Source: Malacoraja senta
Lineage: Eukaryota
Reading direction: 5' to 3'
Assembly: GCA_038087875.1 (NCBI GenBank)
Contig: JAXLNO010004294.1
Span: forward strand, 1 to 64,000
Length of the DNA: 64,000 bases
Shown one piece after another: positions 13,603 to 25,914 of this stretch. The notes below the pieces were generated by a model. That model ran no database searches. It was not told the origin of the DNA and worked only from the letters and a program-made list of their open reading frames with translations. Position numbers and translations under genes: made by a program. Positions within the stretch are counted from its first letter, which is position 1. Each line of letters starts with the position of its first letter.

Positions 13603-13801
13603 AGAAAGAACTGCAGATGCTGGAAAAATCGAAGGTAGACAAAAATGCTGGAGAAACTCAGCGGGTGAGGCAGCATCTATGGAGCAAAGGAATAGGGGAC
13701 GTTTCCGGTCGAAACCCTCCAAGAAGGGTCTTGACCCAAAACTATTCCTTCGCTCCATAGATACTGCCTCACCCCCTGAGTTTCTCCAGCATTTTTGTCT
13801 A
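13603..13801. repeat. Head-to-head inverted pair of Penelope-derived terminal repeats
   Basis: Arms about 13636-13720 and 13721-13801 are reverse complements. Confidence 0.8.
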
Positions 13802-14394
13802 GCTACTGTATCGATTTTGTTCCTTCTTCCTGTGACCACCTGGGTTCTTCCCGGGTGCTCTGGTTTTCTCCCACATTCCACAGTTGTGTGGGTTTGTCAG
13901 TTAATTGACATCTGTAAATTTCCCCTAGCGTGTGTGGGGATTGGACAAAAAAGTGGGATAACATTGAACTAGTGTGAAGGGGTGACCGGTGGTCAGCATG
14001 GTGGGCTGAAGGGCCTGTTTCCATGTTGTATCTTTCAACTCAAAATGGAATTTTGTAAAAAAGTTATATTGGAAGCTAGTTTGGACATTGAAACTGTGCA
14101 GCAAATGGTGGTGGATATAGACGGCGATCACGGATCTATCTATCAGATATGGGGAGAACTTACACAATAGCATTGGTATTGGTTTATTATTGTCACTTGT
14201 ATTGTGATATAGTGAAAAGCTTTTATTTGCATCCTAATCAAACCAGATCAGGAATGACTGAGGGATTGTATTGAACAGGGCAGGCTTGTGGGCCTGTTTC
14301 AATGCAATAAACTCCATATTAATGTACCATATAAAGAATGCAGGTGATTGTATGGTTGGTGATGAGCCCAAAATATTGCTTTTGTAATTCAAGA

Positions 14395-14690
14395 TATCCT
14401 CAGTGTTGCAACAGTAGAGTTGCTGCCTATAGCAGCAGAGACTCGGGTCGATTCAGACTAACGGTGCTGTCTGTACGGTGTTTGTACATTCTCCCTGCAT
14501 CCCCATTCGTCACTGCATTGTTTTTCTCTGGGTGCTCCAGTTTCCTCCCACATCTCTAAGAAGTACATGTTTTTAGGTTAATTTGCTTTGGTAAAATTGT
14601 GAATTGTCACCTGTCGTGGTATAGTACTATTGTACGGGGAGTTAGCGAGGACTCGGTGGGCCGAAGGGCCTGCTTCTGTGATGTACCTCT
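14395..14690 (+). mobile_element. HE1-type V-SINE
   Basis: tRNA head and V core. Confidence 0.8.
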
Positions 14691-15574
14691 GAAGTTTAAT
14701 GTCAAAATGTTAATTTCTATTCATTTTAATTTTCAGCTCTTAACCAAAATCATTTCAATCAACCCAAAGATGTCTGTGTTTCTCCCTCACTACACCAGAT
14801 TTAAGTCTGCATTTTAAAAAATGCTTTTAATTTTACTCGGAGAGTGCTGAACTAATTTGCTTATGTTACTGGAGTTATAACTCACAGCAGTGACCACAGT
14901 AAGCAAGAGACATCAAGTACATGAACACAAGAAAGGAGAAGCAGGAATAGGCCCACAAGCCACTGGCAGAATTAGTCCAAACCGATGTTTTAGTCCATAT
15001 TACTCAACCACTGATAGAGGCCACATTATTCTGCTCCCTTCTCCCTAAAGTTTAGTTTAGTTTATTATTGTAATGTGTACAAAAATACGGTGAAATACCA
15101 TGTTTTGCATGCTATCCAGTCATAATACACCATACGTGAGTGCAATCATAGGCAAGTAAGAGTGCAATGATTGTAGTGGGTAATTGTAGAGATCACAAGA
15201 AAAATGAAGTATTTGTTGGCCATGAGTAAAGTCTGTTCTGCAGCTCAATTAGGTCATGACTGATCTACTCTTGACCAGAAGAGTCTGTAGCCAGTAACCC
15301 ACAACTTCCCAAAGAAACAAATCCATCCTTCTCAGTAACGTAATGAATCTACAATCTGCAGTTGAAAATTCCCACCATTCGTTATCATCTGGGAGAAAAA
15401 TAAAACAATTTTCTCCTCAAACCTTGGCCACCAAGGTCTAGTTTCCTCCATGAGGGGAACTATCAACAACAGGAAATAGAACAGTAGTAGGCTATCAGCC
15501 CCTGAGAAGAGTCACCAAACTTGTCCCACCATTCAATAAAATGATCACTGTTCAGTTGGCCCCTGCTCCTTAGA

Positions 15575-16100
15575 TTAGTTTGGTTTAAAGGTACAGCCTT
15601 GAAACAGGCCCTTAGACCCACTGAGTCTGTGCTGACCAGTGACCCCCCCACACTAACACTATCCTACACACATCTGGGGCCAATTAACCTGCAAACCTGC
15701 ATGTCTTTGGAGAGTGGGAGGAAGCTGGAACCCTCAGAGAAAACCCACACAGGTCACGGGGAGAACGTAAAAAATCCATACATACAGCACCCATGGTCAA
15801 GATCAAACCTGGGTCTCTAGCACTGTAGCAACTCTACCGCTGCGCCTCCGTGCCACCCCTTTGCGTCACCGTGCTGCCTACACAGTTCTATTCTATACAC
15901 ATGGGACAATTTACAGATGACATTTAACCTATAAACCTGCAGGTCTTTGGAACTGGGAGGAAACCGAAGCACCAGGGGAAAACCCATGCGGTCACAGAGA
16001 GAACATACAAAGTTGGTACAGACAGCACCCTTAGTCAGGATCAAACCTGAGTCACAGGGACTGCAAGGAAGTAACTCTACTGCTGAGCCACTCTGAGGCC
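15575..16100 (-). mobile_element. Two tandem HE1-type V-SINEs
   Basis: Two antisense V-core copies, about 15575-15855 and 15870-16100. Confidence 0.8.
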
Positions 16101-17084
16101 CCTCTGATTGAAATGTTGGTTGCACGTTCTAACTTTATTCATGAGGGTAATCGTCAACAACACAAGTAAAAATAGCAGGAGTGGACTCCTCCTCTGTTCC
16201 ATTACCCCAAAACCCTCAATTGCCTGAATCTTTCAAAGATTTCTCTATCTGTTCATAAGCATATCTAATGCCTTAGCCACCACCACCTCTGGGCACAGAA
16301 TTCCAGCGATTCACACCCTTCTGAAAGAAGTAATTTTTATGTACCTCAGTTTTAAACAACTGGTCCCTTATTCTGTAGTTGTTTCCCATTGTTTTTAGAC
16401 TTTCCCACCAGTGAAACATCTCAACATCTATCATGAAAAGCCCCTTAAGATATTGCATGTGTGAATAAGGTCACTCATCACTTTCTACACTCCAAGGAAT
16501 GCAGACCTAAAATGTTTACCGCTCTTAATGGGACAACCTTTTCATCTCTTGACTTAGTTTGGTGAATTTCACCTGGTCTGCATCCAATGCTCCTATACCC
16601 TTTTTAATGTTAAACTGTGTGTGGTTTTCCAGTTATTGACTCACTATCATTCTGCATAATTCCAATATAACTTCCCTGTTCTTAAATTCCATCCCCTTTG
16701 CAGTAAAGACTGCATTTTTCCCATTGGTTACTGGGCCTGCTACTAACTTAATTTGATGCATGCACTTGAATACCAAGATCCCATCTGAACTTCACTCAGT
16801 TACAGTCTCTCTCCATTTAGACAAGAATCCACCATTTAAGGTTTAGCTTGAGGTTTGTTATTGTGATGTGTACCAAGGTACGGTGAAAAGCATTGTGTTT
16901 GCTGTTGTATACATAAATACTATCAAGCCAAACGCAAGTACAATAGGCAGACTGAAGGATAAGATGCAGAGTGAAGAATATAGCTCTCAACATTATTGTA
17001 CAACAGTTCCTGAGATAAAATTCAATGGCCATATTGAGGTAAAGGAGATTTTGGGAATGGGTCCTAGTACATGGAACATTCAAA

Positions 17085-17580
17085 AGCCTGATAACAGAGG
17101 AGAATAAGCTGTTCCTGTGTCTGGTGCTCTACACCTTTAAGCTCTGCATCTTCTGCCTGATGGAAGTGGAGAAAAAAGGAATCACTAATGTGAGAAAGGT
17201 CTTTGACAATGTTGGCTGTCTTCCTGAAAAGGCAGGAAGTGTAAATGGAGACAATGATGGGCAGTCTGGTCTGTGTGATGGACTGTGCTACATCCACACC
17301 TCTCTGCAATATCTTTTGGTCTTGGGCAAAGCTATTCTGAAAACAAGCTGTGATGTAACCTGATTGTATGCTTTCTATGGTGCATCTATGGAAGTTGGTA
17401 AGAGTCATTGGACACAAACCAAATTTCCTCAGTCGTCTGAGGAAATGGAGGCATTGGTGTGCCTTCTTGGCTGTCCCTTCAATGTGGTTGGTCCATCAAG
17501 GTTCGTTGGTAATATTTACACCAAAGAATTTGAAGCTCTCAACCATTTCTACTTTGGCACCATTGATACTGATTGGGGCA
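17085..17580 (-). mobile_element. Rex1/Babar LINE 3' fragment
   Basis: ORFs 17496..17738 (VESFKFFGVNI) and 17064..17417 (LTNFHRCTIESI). Confidence 0.8.
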
Positions 17581-18399
17581 AGCTGACTTGATTCCTCATG
17601 CCAAAGAGCATGACTCGAAACCTCACCAATTCTACCTAGAGATGCTGCTTGTCCTGCTAAGTTACTCCAGCATTTTGTGTCTATCTTCAGTGTGAAGCAG
17701 CATTTGCAGTTCCTTCCTACACAATTTGGCTGCTCCACTGAGAAATCTCCTCAAGTTATGCCTACTTTGAAGAAGTTCTCCTCCTCTCTCCAACGAGAGT
17801 TCTGCAGTCTGAAAATGGGTCTCGACCTGAAACGTCACCCATTCCTTCTATCTAGAGATGCTGCCTGTCCCGCTGAGTTACTCCAGCATTTTGTGTCTAT
17901 CTTCAGCATGACCTCACAGTTTCCCACATTAAACACATTAGCCACGTTTTGACTAATCACTCAAGCTATCTATATCCTGTTGTAAAATCATACTTTCCTC
18001 ATTAAACCGTGCCATTTCATCTATTTTTGTATCATTGCCAAAACTGAGTCCTTACATTGGTTCCCTGCTCCAATTAGTTGAGGGGAGTCCTGATAGAAGT
18101 ATGTAAAATTATGAAAGGCATGGATAGGTCTGGCTCCCGTCTGGCAGAAGGTGCAGAAGATTGAAGGCACGTACCACTAGCCTCAGTGACAGCTTCTTCC
18201 CCTCTGTTATCTGGCTACTGAACAGTTTTTCTGTAGGTTATGGTAAGTATGATTTACCTCTATCCACCGAGATCATTGGTGTTTCTCACTGGAACTGATG
18301 CACTACAATGCTGAGATCATTATTCTGCATGATATTATTCCCCTTTTAATTGATTATATCTGTGTATGGTATATCCAATCTGTTTGGACAGCATGGCAT

Positions 18400-19440
18400 G
18401 CCTAGGACCTTGGATGGAGTTCAGGGGGGAGGTAAAGCGACAAGTGTAGCATTTCCTGCGGTTGCAAGGGAAAGTACCAGGGGAGGGGGTGGTTTGGGTG
18501 GGAAGGGACAAATTGACCAGGGAGTTACAGAGGGAGCAGTCTCTTCAGAAAGCTGAAAGGGGAGAAGATGAGAAGATGTGGCCAGTGATGGGATCCCGTT
18601 GGAGGTGGCGAATATGTCGGAGGATTATCTTTTGTATGTGACGGCTGGTAGGGTGGAAGGTGAGGACAAGGGGGACTGGTCATGAGTTGGGGGGATGGGG
18701 AGTGAGAGCGGAGCAACGAGATATAGAAGAGATCCTGGTGAGAGCCTCATCTATAGTCGAAGAGAAGAAGCCCCGTTCCCTAACCTTCCCCTCCCCTGGC
18801 ACTTTCCCTTGCAACCGCAGGAAATGCTACACTTGTCGCTTTATCTCCCCCCTTGACTCCATTCAAGGACCTAAGCAGTCTTTCCAGGTGAGGCAGAGGT
18901 TCACCTGCCCCTCCTCCAACCTCATCTATTGCATCCGCTGCTCTAGGTGTCAACTGCTCTACATCGGTGAGACCAACGCAGGCTTGACGATCGCTTCGCC
19001 CAACACCTCCGCTCAGTCCGCATTAACCAACCTGATCTCCCGGTGGCTCAGCACTTCAACTCCCCCTCCCATTCAGAATCCGACCTTTCTGTCCTGCGTC
19101 TCCTCCACAGCCAGAGTAAGACCCTCCGCAAATTGGAGGAGCAGCATATCATTTTTCGCTTGGGTAGTTTACACCCCAGCGGTATGAACATTGACCTCCA
19201 TTTTCAGGTAGTCTTTGCTTTCTCCCTCCTTCCCCTCCCCTTCGAAGCTCTCCCACAGCCTACTATCTCCACCTCTTCCTTTCTTCTTCCCGCCCCCCAC
19301 CCCCATATCAGTCTGAAGAAGGGCCTCAACCCAAAACATCACCTATTCCTTTGCTCCATAGATGCTGCCTCACCGCTGAGTTTCTCCAGCATTTTTGTCT
19401 ACCTTGGATTTTTCCAGCATCTGCAGTTCTTTCTTAAACA
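18400..19440 (+). mobile_element. Penelope-like element 3' fragment with inverted 5' segment
   Basis: + ORF 18660..19187 contains CNRRKCYTC...NLIYCIRCSRCQLLYIGET. 18400-18780 is antisense Penelope sequence that partly duplicates 18796-18875 in inverted form. Confidence 0.88.
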
Positions 19441-19846
19441 TGTACTTGTTCCTTGTACTTTTCCCGAGTGTATGATGGGGGTAATATGGAGTGAGCTTTA
19501 CCCAAAATCAAATGTGAGGTAAGAGTTGTTTAATTGTCATATGTATCAACAATAGAACAACAAAATTCTGACTTGCTGCAGCTTCACCTGCATGTAACTG
19601 CAATAACACAGAGATAATATAAAACAACCAATATAACAATAAATTAATAACTGTAATACTGGACTATCATAATAGTGCAAAAAACTAAATTCATATTACA
19701 TTCAAAGACAGTCCGTAGATGATCATAGATGCTGAAGTTAGTTTTGTGTGGTGTTGAAGAGCCTGATGTTTGCTGAGAAGAGGCTATTCTTGAATCTGGT
19801 TGTCACGGTTTTCAGGCTGCTGTATCTTTCCCTATATCTATACTTA

Positions 19847-20158
19847 GGGGCGGCAGGGTGTCGCAGCGGTAGAGTTGCTGCCTTATAGCACCAGACACCA
19901 GGGTTCGATCCTGACTATGGGTGTGGTCCGCACGGAGTTTGTATGTTGGGTGAACGCATGGGTTTTCTCCGGGTGCTCCAGTTTCCTCCCACACTCCAAA
20001 GACGTACAGGTTTGTAGGTTAATTGGTTTGTAAATTGTAATTTGTACCTAGTGTGTGTAGGATAGTGCCAATGTAAAGGGATCATTGGTCTTCGCAAACT
20101 TGGTAGGCCGAAAGGCCTGTTTCCATGCTGTATCTCTATACTAAACTAAACTAAACTA
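19847..20158 (+). mobile_element. HE1-type V-SINE (tRNA head, V core, CR1-like tail); about 20 copies in the window
   Basis: GGCGCAGCGGTAGAG A box, GGTTCGATCC B box, V-domain GGAGTTTG...GGGTTTTCTCCGGGTGCTCCAGTTTCCTCCCACA, (CTAAA)n tail. Confidence 0.9.
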
Positions 20159-20205
20159 ATTCTGCCCTGAGAGTGTGTGCATGGACAACGCAGACACAGC
20201 TTAAA

Positions 20206-20520
20206 GGCCCTGTCCCACTGTACGAGCTAATTCAAGAGTTCTCCCGAGTTTCCCCTGATTCGAACTCGGAGAATTACGGTAATAGCCGCTCGTAGGTACT
20301 TTGGGCTCTCGTGGACTTTTTTCAACATGTTGAAAAATCTTCACGAGTCTTCACGAGCTTACCGCATTTCCCGAGTACCTGCCGTTAGCGTTACGAGCCG
20401 CTAGGAGCCTTCCCGAGCTCCGACGTACCCGCTACGTACATTCTACGTGCTTACCACGAGTTTAATTTTTTTTTTTACTCGGGAGAGCTCTTGAATTACC
20501 TCGTACAGTGGGACAGGCTT
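20206..20520. mobile_element. PIF/Harbinger-like MITE, copy A
   Basis: About 45-bp TIRs GGCCCTGTCCCACTGTACGAG(C/G)TAATTCAAGAG..., TAA/TGA-like flanks; closely matches the reverse complement of 36816-37129. Confidence 0.8.
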
Positions 20521-20767
20521 TGAATTTTCTTTTTAAAAGGCAGTACATTGAGGCAACTGGCAGAATTGGTGCCCCTCTGCTACAGCAACTTGGATTCAAT
20601 CCTGATCTCGGGTACAACATGTATCATTTTCTTGTTCTTCCTATGACACGTGGATCTCCACCAAATGCTCCGTTCCTCCTATATCTCAAAGACATGCGAG
20701 TTGGTTGGTTATAATTGAATTCTGTAAATTGCCCAGTGTGTGATTGGATGACAGATGTTGTCTATGT

Positions 20768-21065
20768 TTAGTTTAGTTTAGAGATACAGTGAGGAAACAG
20801 ACCCTACAGCCCACCGGGCCTGCACCGACCAGCGATCCCCGCATTTTAACGCTACCCTACACACACTAGGGGTAATTTTACCTTTTATACCAAGCCAATT
20901 AACGTACAAACCTGTACGTCTTTGGAGTGTGGGAGGAAACCGAAGATCTTGGAGAAAACCTACGCAGGTCACGGGGAGAACGTACAAACTCCATATAGAA
21001 AAGCACTTGTAGTCAGGATTGTACCCAGGTCTCTGGCACTGTAAAGCAGTAGCCTTACGACTATG
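20768..21065 (-). mobile_element. HE1-type V-SINE
   Basis: Antisense full-length copy. Confidence 0.85.
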
Positions 21066-21918
21066 CCTCCATGTCATCCTTCAGCAAGGTCCCACATGGG
21101 TGGCTGGTCCATTATGTTGGAAAACATGGGATCCAGAGTGAGCTAGTCAATTGGACACAAAGTTGGCTTGGTGGTAGGAGTCAGAGAATGGTAGTGCAGG
21201 GTTGTTTTTTACATAGGAAGCCTGTGACCAGTGGTGTGCCTCAGGGACTGATGCTCTGATGTCATTCAGTCACACACAGTGCTCTCAGACTGATTAATGA
21301 TTTCAATTTGGAGAGATAGAGCTGAGGGATGAGAGATGGAGAGAGATAGGGAGATAGAGAGAGAGAGATATATAGTGAGATGCAGAGAGATGATAGAGGT
21401 ATAATGTGATTGATACTTGTTGAGAGCAGAGCTGAGCACAGGTGAGGTGCCCTTGGGAAAGAGTGTGGACACAGGATGTCTGGGGATGGCCATTTTATAA
21501 AGGGACTACACTATGAAGCAAAATAGATCAAAGTTAAGAGTTGTCAAGCCAGATAAGCAAAACTAAGATGTGTTTTGTTATTCATTCCCTGGATGAGTGG
21601 CAACTTGAATTTCTTGATTTTCTTTTCAGAGTTCAGACCTTGGATTAGAGTCTATTGTGCAACAAATCAGCTGAGCCCCTGGACAGATTAATGGTTGCCT
21701 GTTCAACATTCTGTACAACTGTAACATGACACCCCAACCATAGTCCTCAGTACCATGGCTGAGGAAACAAGGCACAACATATACTCTGCGTAGGAATGAA
21801 CAGCAGATGCTAATTTAAACCGAAGATAGACACAAAAAGCTAGAGAGACTCAGCGGCAATATTTCTGGAGAGAAGGAATGGGTGACGTTTTGGATTGAGG
21901 CGATTCTTCAGACATATA

Positions 21919-23533
21919 CAGTGGCTTGCAAAAGTATTCATACCCCTTGAACTTTTCCACATTTTGTCACGTTACAACCACAAACGTAAATGTATTTTAT
22001 TGGGATTTTATGTGATAGACCAACACAAAGTGGCGCATAATTGTGAAGTGGAAGGAAAATGATACATGGTTTTCAAATTTTTTTACAAATAAAAAACTGA
22101 AAAGTGTGGCGTGCAAAAGTATTCAGCCCCCCTGAGTCAATACTTTGTGGAACCAGCTTTCGCTGCAATTACAGCTGCAAGTCTTTTGGGGTATGTCTCT
22201 ACCAGCTTTGCACATCTAGAGACTGAAATTTTTGCCCATTCTTCTTTGCAAAATAGCTCAAGCTCAGTCAGATTGGATGGAGAGCGTCTGTGAACAGCAA
22301 TTTTCAAGTCTTGTCAGAGATTCTCAATTGGATTTAGGTCTGGACTTGGACTGGGCCATTCTAACACATGAATATGCTTTGATCTAAACCATTCCATTGT
22401 AGCTCTGGCTGTATGTTTAGGGTCGTTGTCCTGCTGGAAGGTGAACCTCCGCCCCAGTCTCAAGTCTTTTGCAGACTCTAACAGGTTTTCTTCCAAGATT
22501 GCCCTGTATTTGGCTCCATCCATCTTCCCATCAACTCTGACCAGCTTCCCTGTCCCTGCTGAAGAAAAGCATCCCCACAGCATGATGCTGCCACCACCAT
22601 GTTTCACAGTGGGGATGGTGTGTTCAGGGTAATGTGCAGTGTTAGTTTTCCACCACACAACGTTTTGCATTTAGGCCAAAGACTTCAATTTTGGTCTCAT
22701 CTGACCAGATCACCTTCCTCCACATGTTTGCTGTGTCCCCCACATGGCTTGTGGCAAACTGCAAACGGGACTTCTTATGGCTTTTTTTCAACAATGGCTT
22801 TCTTCTTGCCACTCTTCCATAAAGGCCCGATTTGTGGAGTGCACGACTAATAGTTGTCCTGTGGACAGATTCTCCCACCTGAGCTGTGGATCTCTGCAGC
22901 TCCTCCAGAGTTACCATGGGCCTCTTGGCTGCTTCTCTGATCAATGCTCTCCTTGCCCGGCCTGTCAGTTTAGGTGGACGGCCATGTCTTGGTAGGTTTG
23001 CAGTTGTGCCATACTCTTTCCATTTTCGGATGATGGATTGAACAGTGCTCCGTGAGATGTTCAAAGCTTGGGATAGTTTTCTATAACCTAACCCTGCTTT
23101 AAACTTCTCCACAGCTTTATCCCTGAACTGTCTGGTGTGTTCCTTGGGCTTCATGATGCTGTTTGTTCACAAATGTTCTCTAACAAACCTCTGAGGCCTT
23201 CACAGAACAGCTGTATTTATACTGAGATTAGATTACACACAAGTGGACTCGATTTACTAATTAGGTTACTTCTGAAGGCAATTGGTTGCACTGGATTTTA
23301 TTTAGGAGTATCAGAGTAAAGGGGGCTGAATACTTTTGCACGGCACACTTTTCAGTTTTTTATTTGTAAAAAAATTTGAAAACCATGTATCATTTTCCTT
23401 CCACTTCACAATTATGCACCACTTTGTGTTGGTCTATCACATAAAATGCCAATAACATACATTTACGTTTGTGGTTGTAACGTGAAATAATGTGGAAAAG
23501 TTCAAGGGGTATGAATACTTTTGCAAGCCACTG
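21919..23533 (-). mobile_element. Tc1 (DD34E, IR/DR, Passport-like) transposon, full length (1615 bp), transposase with one frameshift and one nonsense codon
   Basis: TA flanks at 21917-18 and 23534-35; about 210-bp TIRs beginning CAGTGGCTTGCAAAAGTATTC. ORFs 22642..23154 and 22314..22670 give MKPKEH...WSDETK...QQDNDP...NPIENL*. Confidence 0.97.
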
Positions 23534-24175
23534 TATTCCCTTCACTACCCTATCAAACTATGATGCCATTTTCAGGGAACTATGTAATTGTACACCGAGG
23601 TACAGCTCCATTTACAATCCTGCAATAGATTTGGCCAGCCCTGATTTGACTTCCCAAATGCATCAAATCACACTTGTTTGAGTTAGATTTCAACTGGCAT
23701 TCCTTCCCCCCCCCTCACCTCCCATCCCCTCACCTCCATACCTTTCCGGTTGATCAACATTATTTTGTAATCTTAGACAACAATTATCATTACCTAATAT
23801 ACTTATCAATTTTGTTGTCAACTCTGGCAATGAAGAATCCAAAGATACTTTATGTACATTCAAGAATCAATATTGTTTTATTGTCATACCAGACCAAGTG
23901 CAGACCCGTTGGGTCTGCTCCCCAACGCAATATTCCAGCACTCACCCGTCCCCCAACGCAAACCGTTTGATCACTCGGCAGCTTGATAGCCCATTGTGAT
24001 TGGTGCACTGGAGGGGGGTGGGGAGGGGGGAGGGAGGGTTGGAGCACTGGAGTGTCCATCCCTCCTGGAGTGGCCCTGTCCTGCCTTGCGAGTGCATTGT
24101 GAAGTCACTCAGATTTTGTTTCCAAAATGGAAGAGTTTGAAGAAATCAGACTATTTTTAAAATTTAACGATTAAT

Positions 24176-25039
24176 TTTTTTTTAATTTAAAAAAAAAAAC
24201 TAGATAGAACAAAAAGATAGATGAAGTAAAGAAAGAAAAGAAAGAGAAGAAAAAGAGAGAAAAAAAAGAAGAAAAAAAAACTAAAAACACAAAAAAACAA
24301 ACAAAAAAAAAAAAGAAAAAGATGGTTAAAGAAGAATGGAAAAATTTATTAAAATAAAAAACTTCATTCGAGATATATTCGTACATTTCAGAATATAGCA
24401 TTTCATCCATTTTTTAGCCCGAGCATTAGTCAGGTTCCCGTACTGAACCATTCTGACCCTTTAAATAATCAATAAAGGGAGACCATGTTCCAACGAATAA
24501 TTCCTGTTTGTCCAACAGGGAAAATCTGATTCTTTCCATGTTTAAGGTCTCTATCATTTCTATAATCCACATTTTGATTGTGGGGGCCGTAGGGCCTTTC
24601 CAAAATTTTAGAATTAATTTTTTTCCTGTTATTATACTATAATCAATAAAGTTTCTTTGTGTTGTTGTAAATGTTTGATTTAATTCCGATGTTCCGAGTA
24701 TTATAAATTTTGGATCCGGGTCCACTTGTGTGCTGGTCACTTTAGATATTATACTAAAAATATTTACCCAGAATTTTTTAATTTTTGTACAGTTTGCAAA
24801 CATATGAGATAAGGTGGCTTCTAAATGTTGACATTTATCACATATAGGTGAGATATGTTGAAAGATTTTATGTAATTTTGTTTTTGAATAATGTAATCTA
24901 TGTATTACTTTAAATTGTATTAAAGAATGTCTGGCATTTAATGAACATTGATGTATATGTTGTAAACTTTCTTCCCAAGTATCTTTCGTTATTATTTCAT
25001 TTAATTCTTTTTCCCCAAAAAAAAAAAAAAAAAAAAAAA
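24176..25039 (-). mobile_element. 5'-truncated L1/Tx1-type LINE (ORF2 C-terminus with CCHC knuckle) with TSD
   Basis: Minus frame ...ICDKCQHLEATLSHMFANCTKIKKFW...KKLILKFWK...WSPFIDYL (ORF 24426..24803 plus upstream codons); T-rich 3' UTR, poly(A); 12-bp TSD TTAACGATTAAT at 24164-75 and 25040-51. Confidence 0.88.
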
Positions 25040-25316
25040 TTAACGATTAATAACTTCGGAAATATAGGAGGAAATGTGACGGGAAGATGTTTATCGCCAC
25101 CACGGGAAAAATGTGAGTAAGATTTGTGAAAATAGGAAGGCTGTGGCCTAGCATTAGGAAGAAGATAGGAATTAACCAGATTGACACACACAGAGACACA
25201 TCGTGGGCACAAACAAGCCAAAGACTTTTAGTTATATAGAGATGTCCTAGATAGAACAATGACATTCTTACTTGCAGCAGCACAACAGAATATGTAAACA
25301 TAGTACACTGTAAACA

Positions 25317-25500
25317 ATATAAGAAACAAGAAATAAAAATATCTGGGTGTGTATATATACGCATACTCACAAATACACATATATAGAGACCATATTCGTG
25401 TGTATATATATATACACACGAATATGGTCTCTATATATGTGTATTTGTGTGTATGCGTATATATACACACCCAGATATTTTTATTTCTTGTTTCTTATAT
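25317..25500. repeat. 184-bp spacer-less palindrome (92-bp arms, one mismatch)
   Basis: Symmetry centre between 25408 and 25409 in a (TA)6 run; the ORF track gives matching peptides on both strands (25228..25470 - and 25347..25634 +). Confidence 0.95.
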
Positions 25501-25914
25501 ATATATATACACCCACTCATATGTACACACAAAAAACAAACAATAATGGTGCAACAATAACAATAATAATCTATGTAGTTAAGAGCTTGTTTAAGGCTGT
25601 AGTGTTTAATAGCCTAAAGGATGTAGGGTATTAGTTATTGCTGAACCTGACGTTACAATTTTCAGGCTCCTGTACCTTCTACCCTATGGCAGGGGTGAAA
25701 TAAGTGTGTGGCCAGGGTGGTGTGGGTCTCTGATGATCCTTGCTGCCTTTTTGAGCTTCCTTCGATGGTGGGGAGGTCAGAACCCGTGATGGACTGGGCA
25801 GTGTTCACAAGTTTTTACAGTCGTCTTCGCTCCTATATTAAATGAATGAGGGTAACTTGATAAAGAATAAATCCACTGAGAAAATAAAAGCTGTCATCTC
25901 TGTGAGGAGCTGCA

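Noticed and set aside
24171-24410. Phe-rich 79-aa ORF that looks like a membrane protein
   Set aside because: Translation of the T-rich L1 3' UTR.
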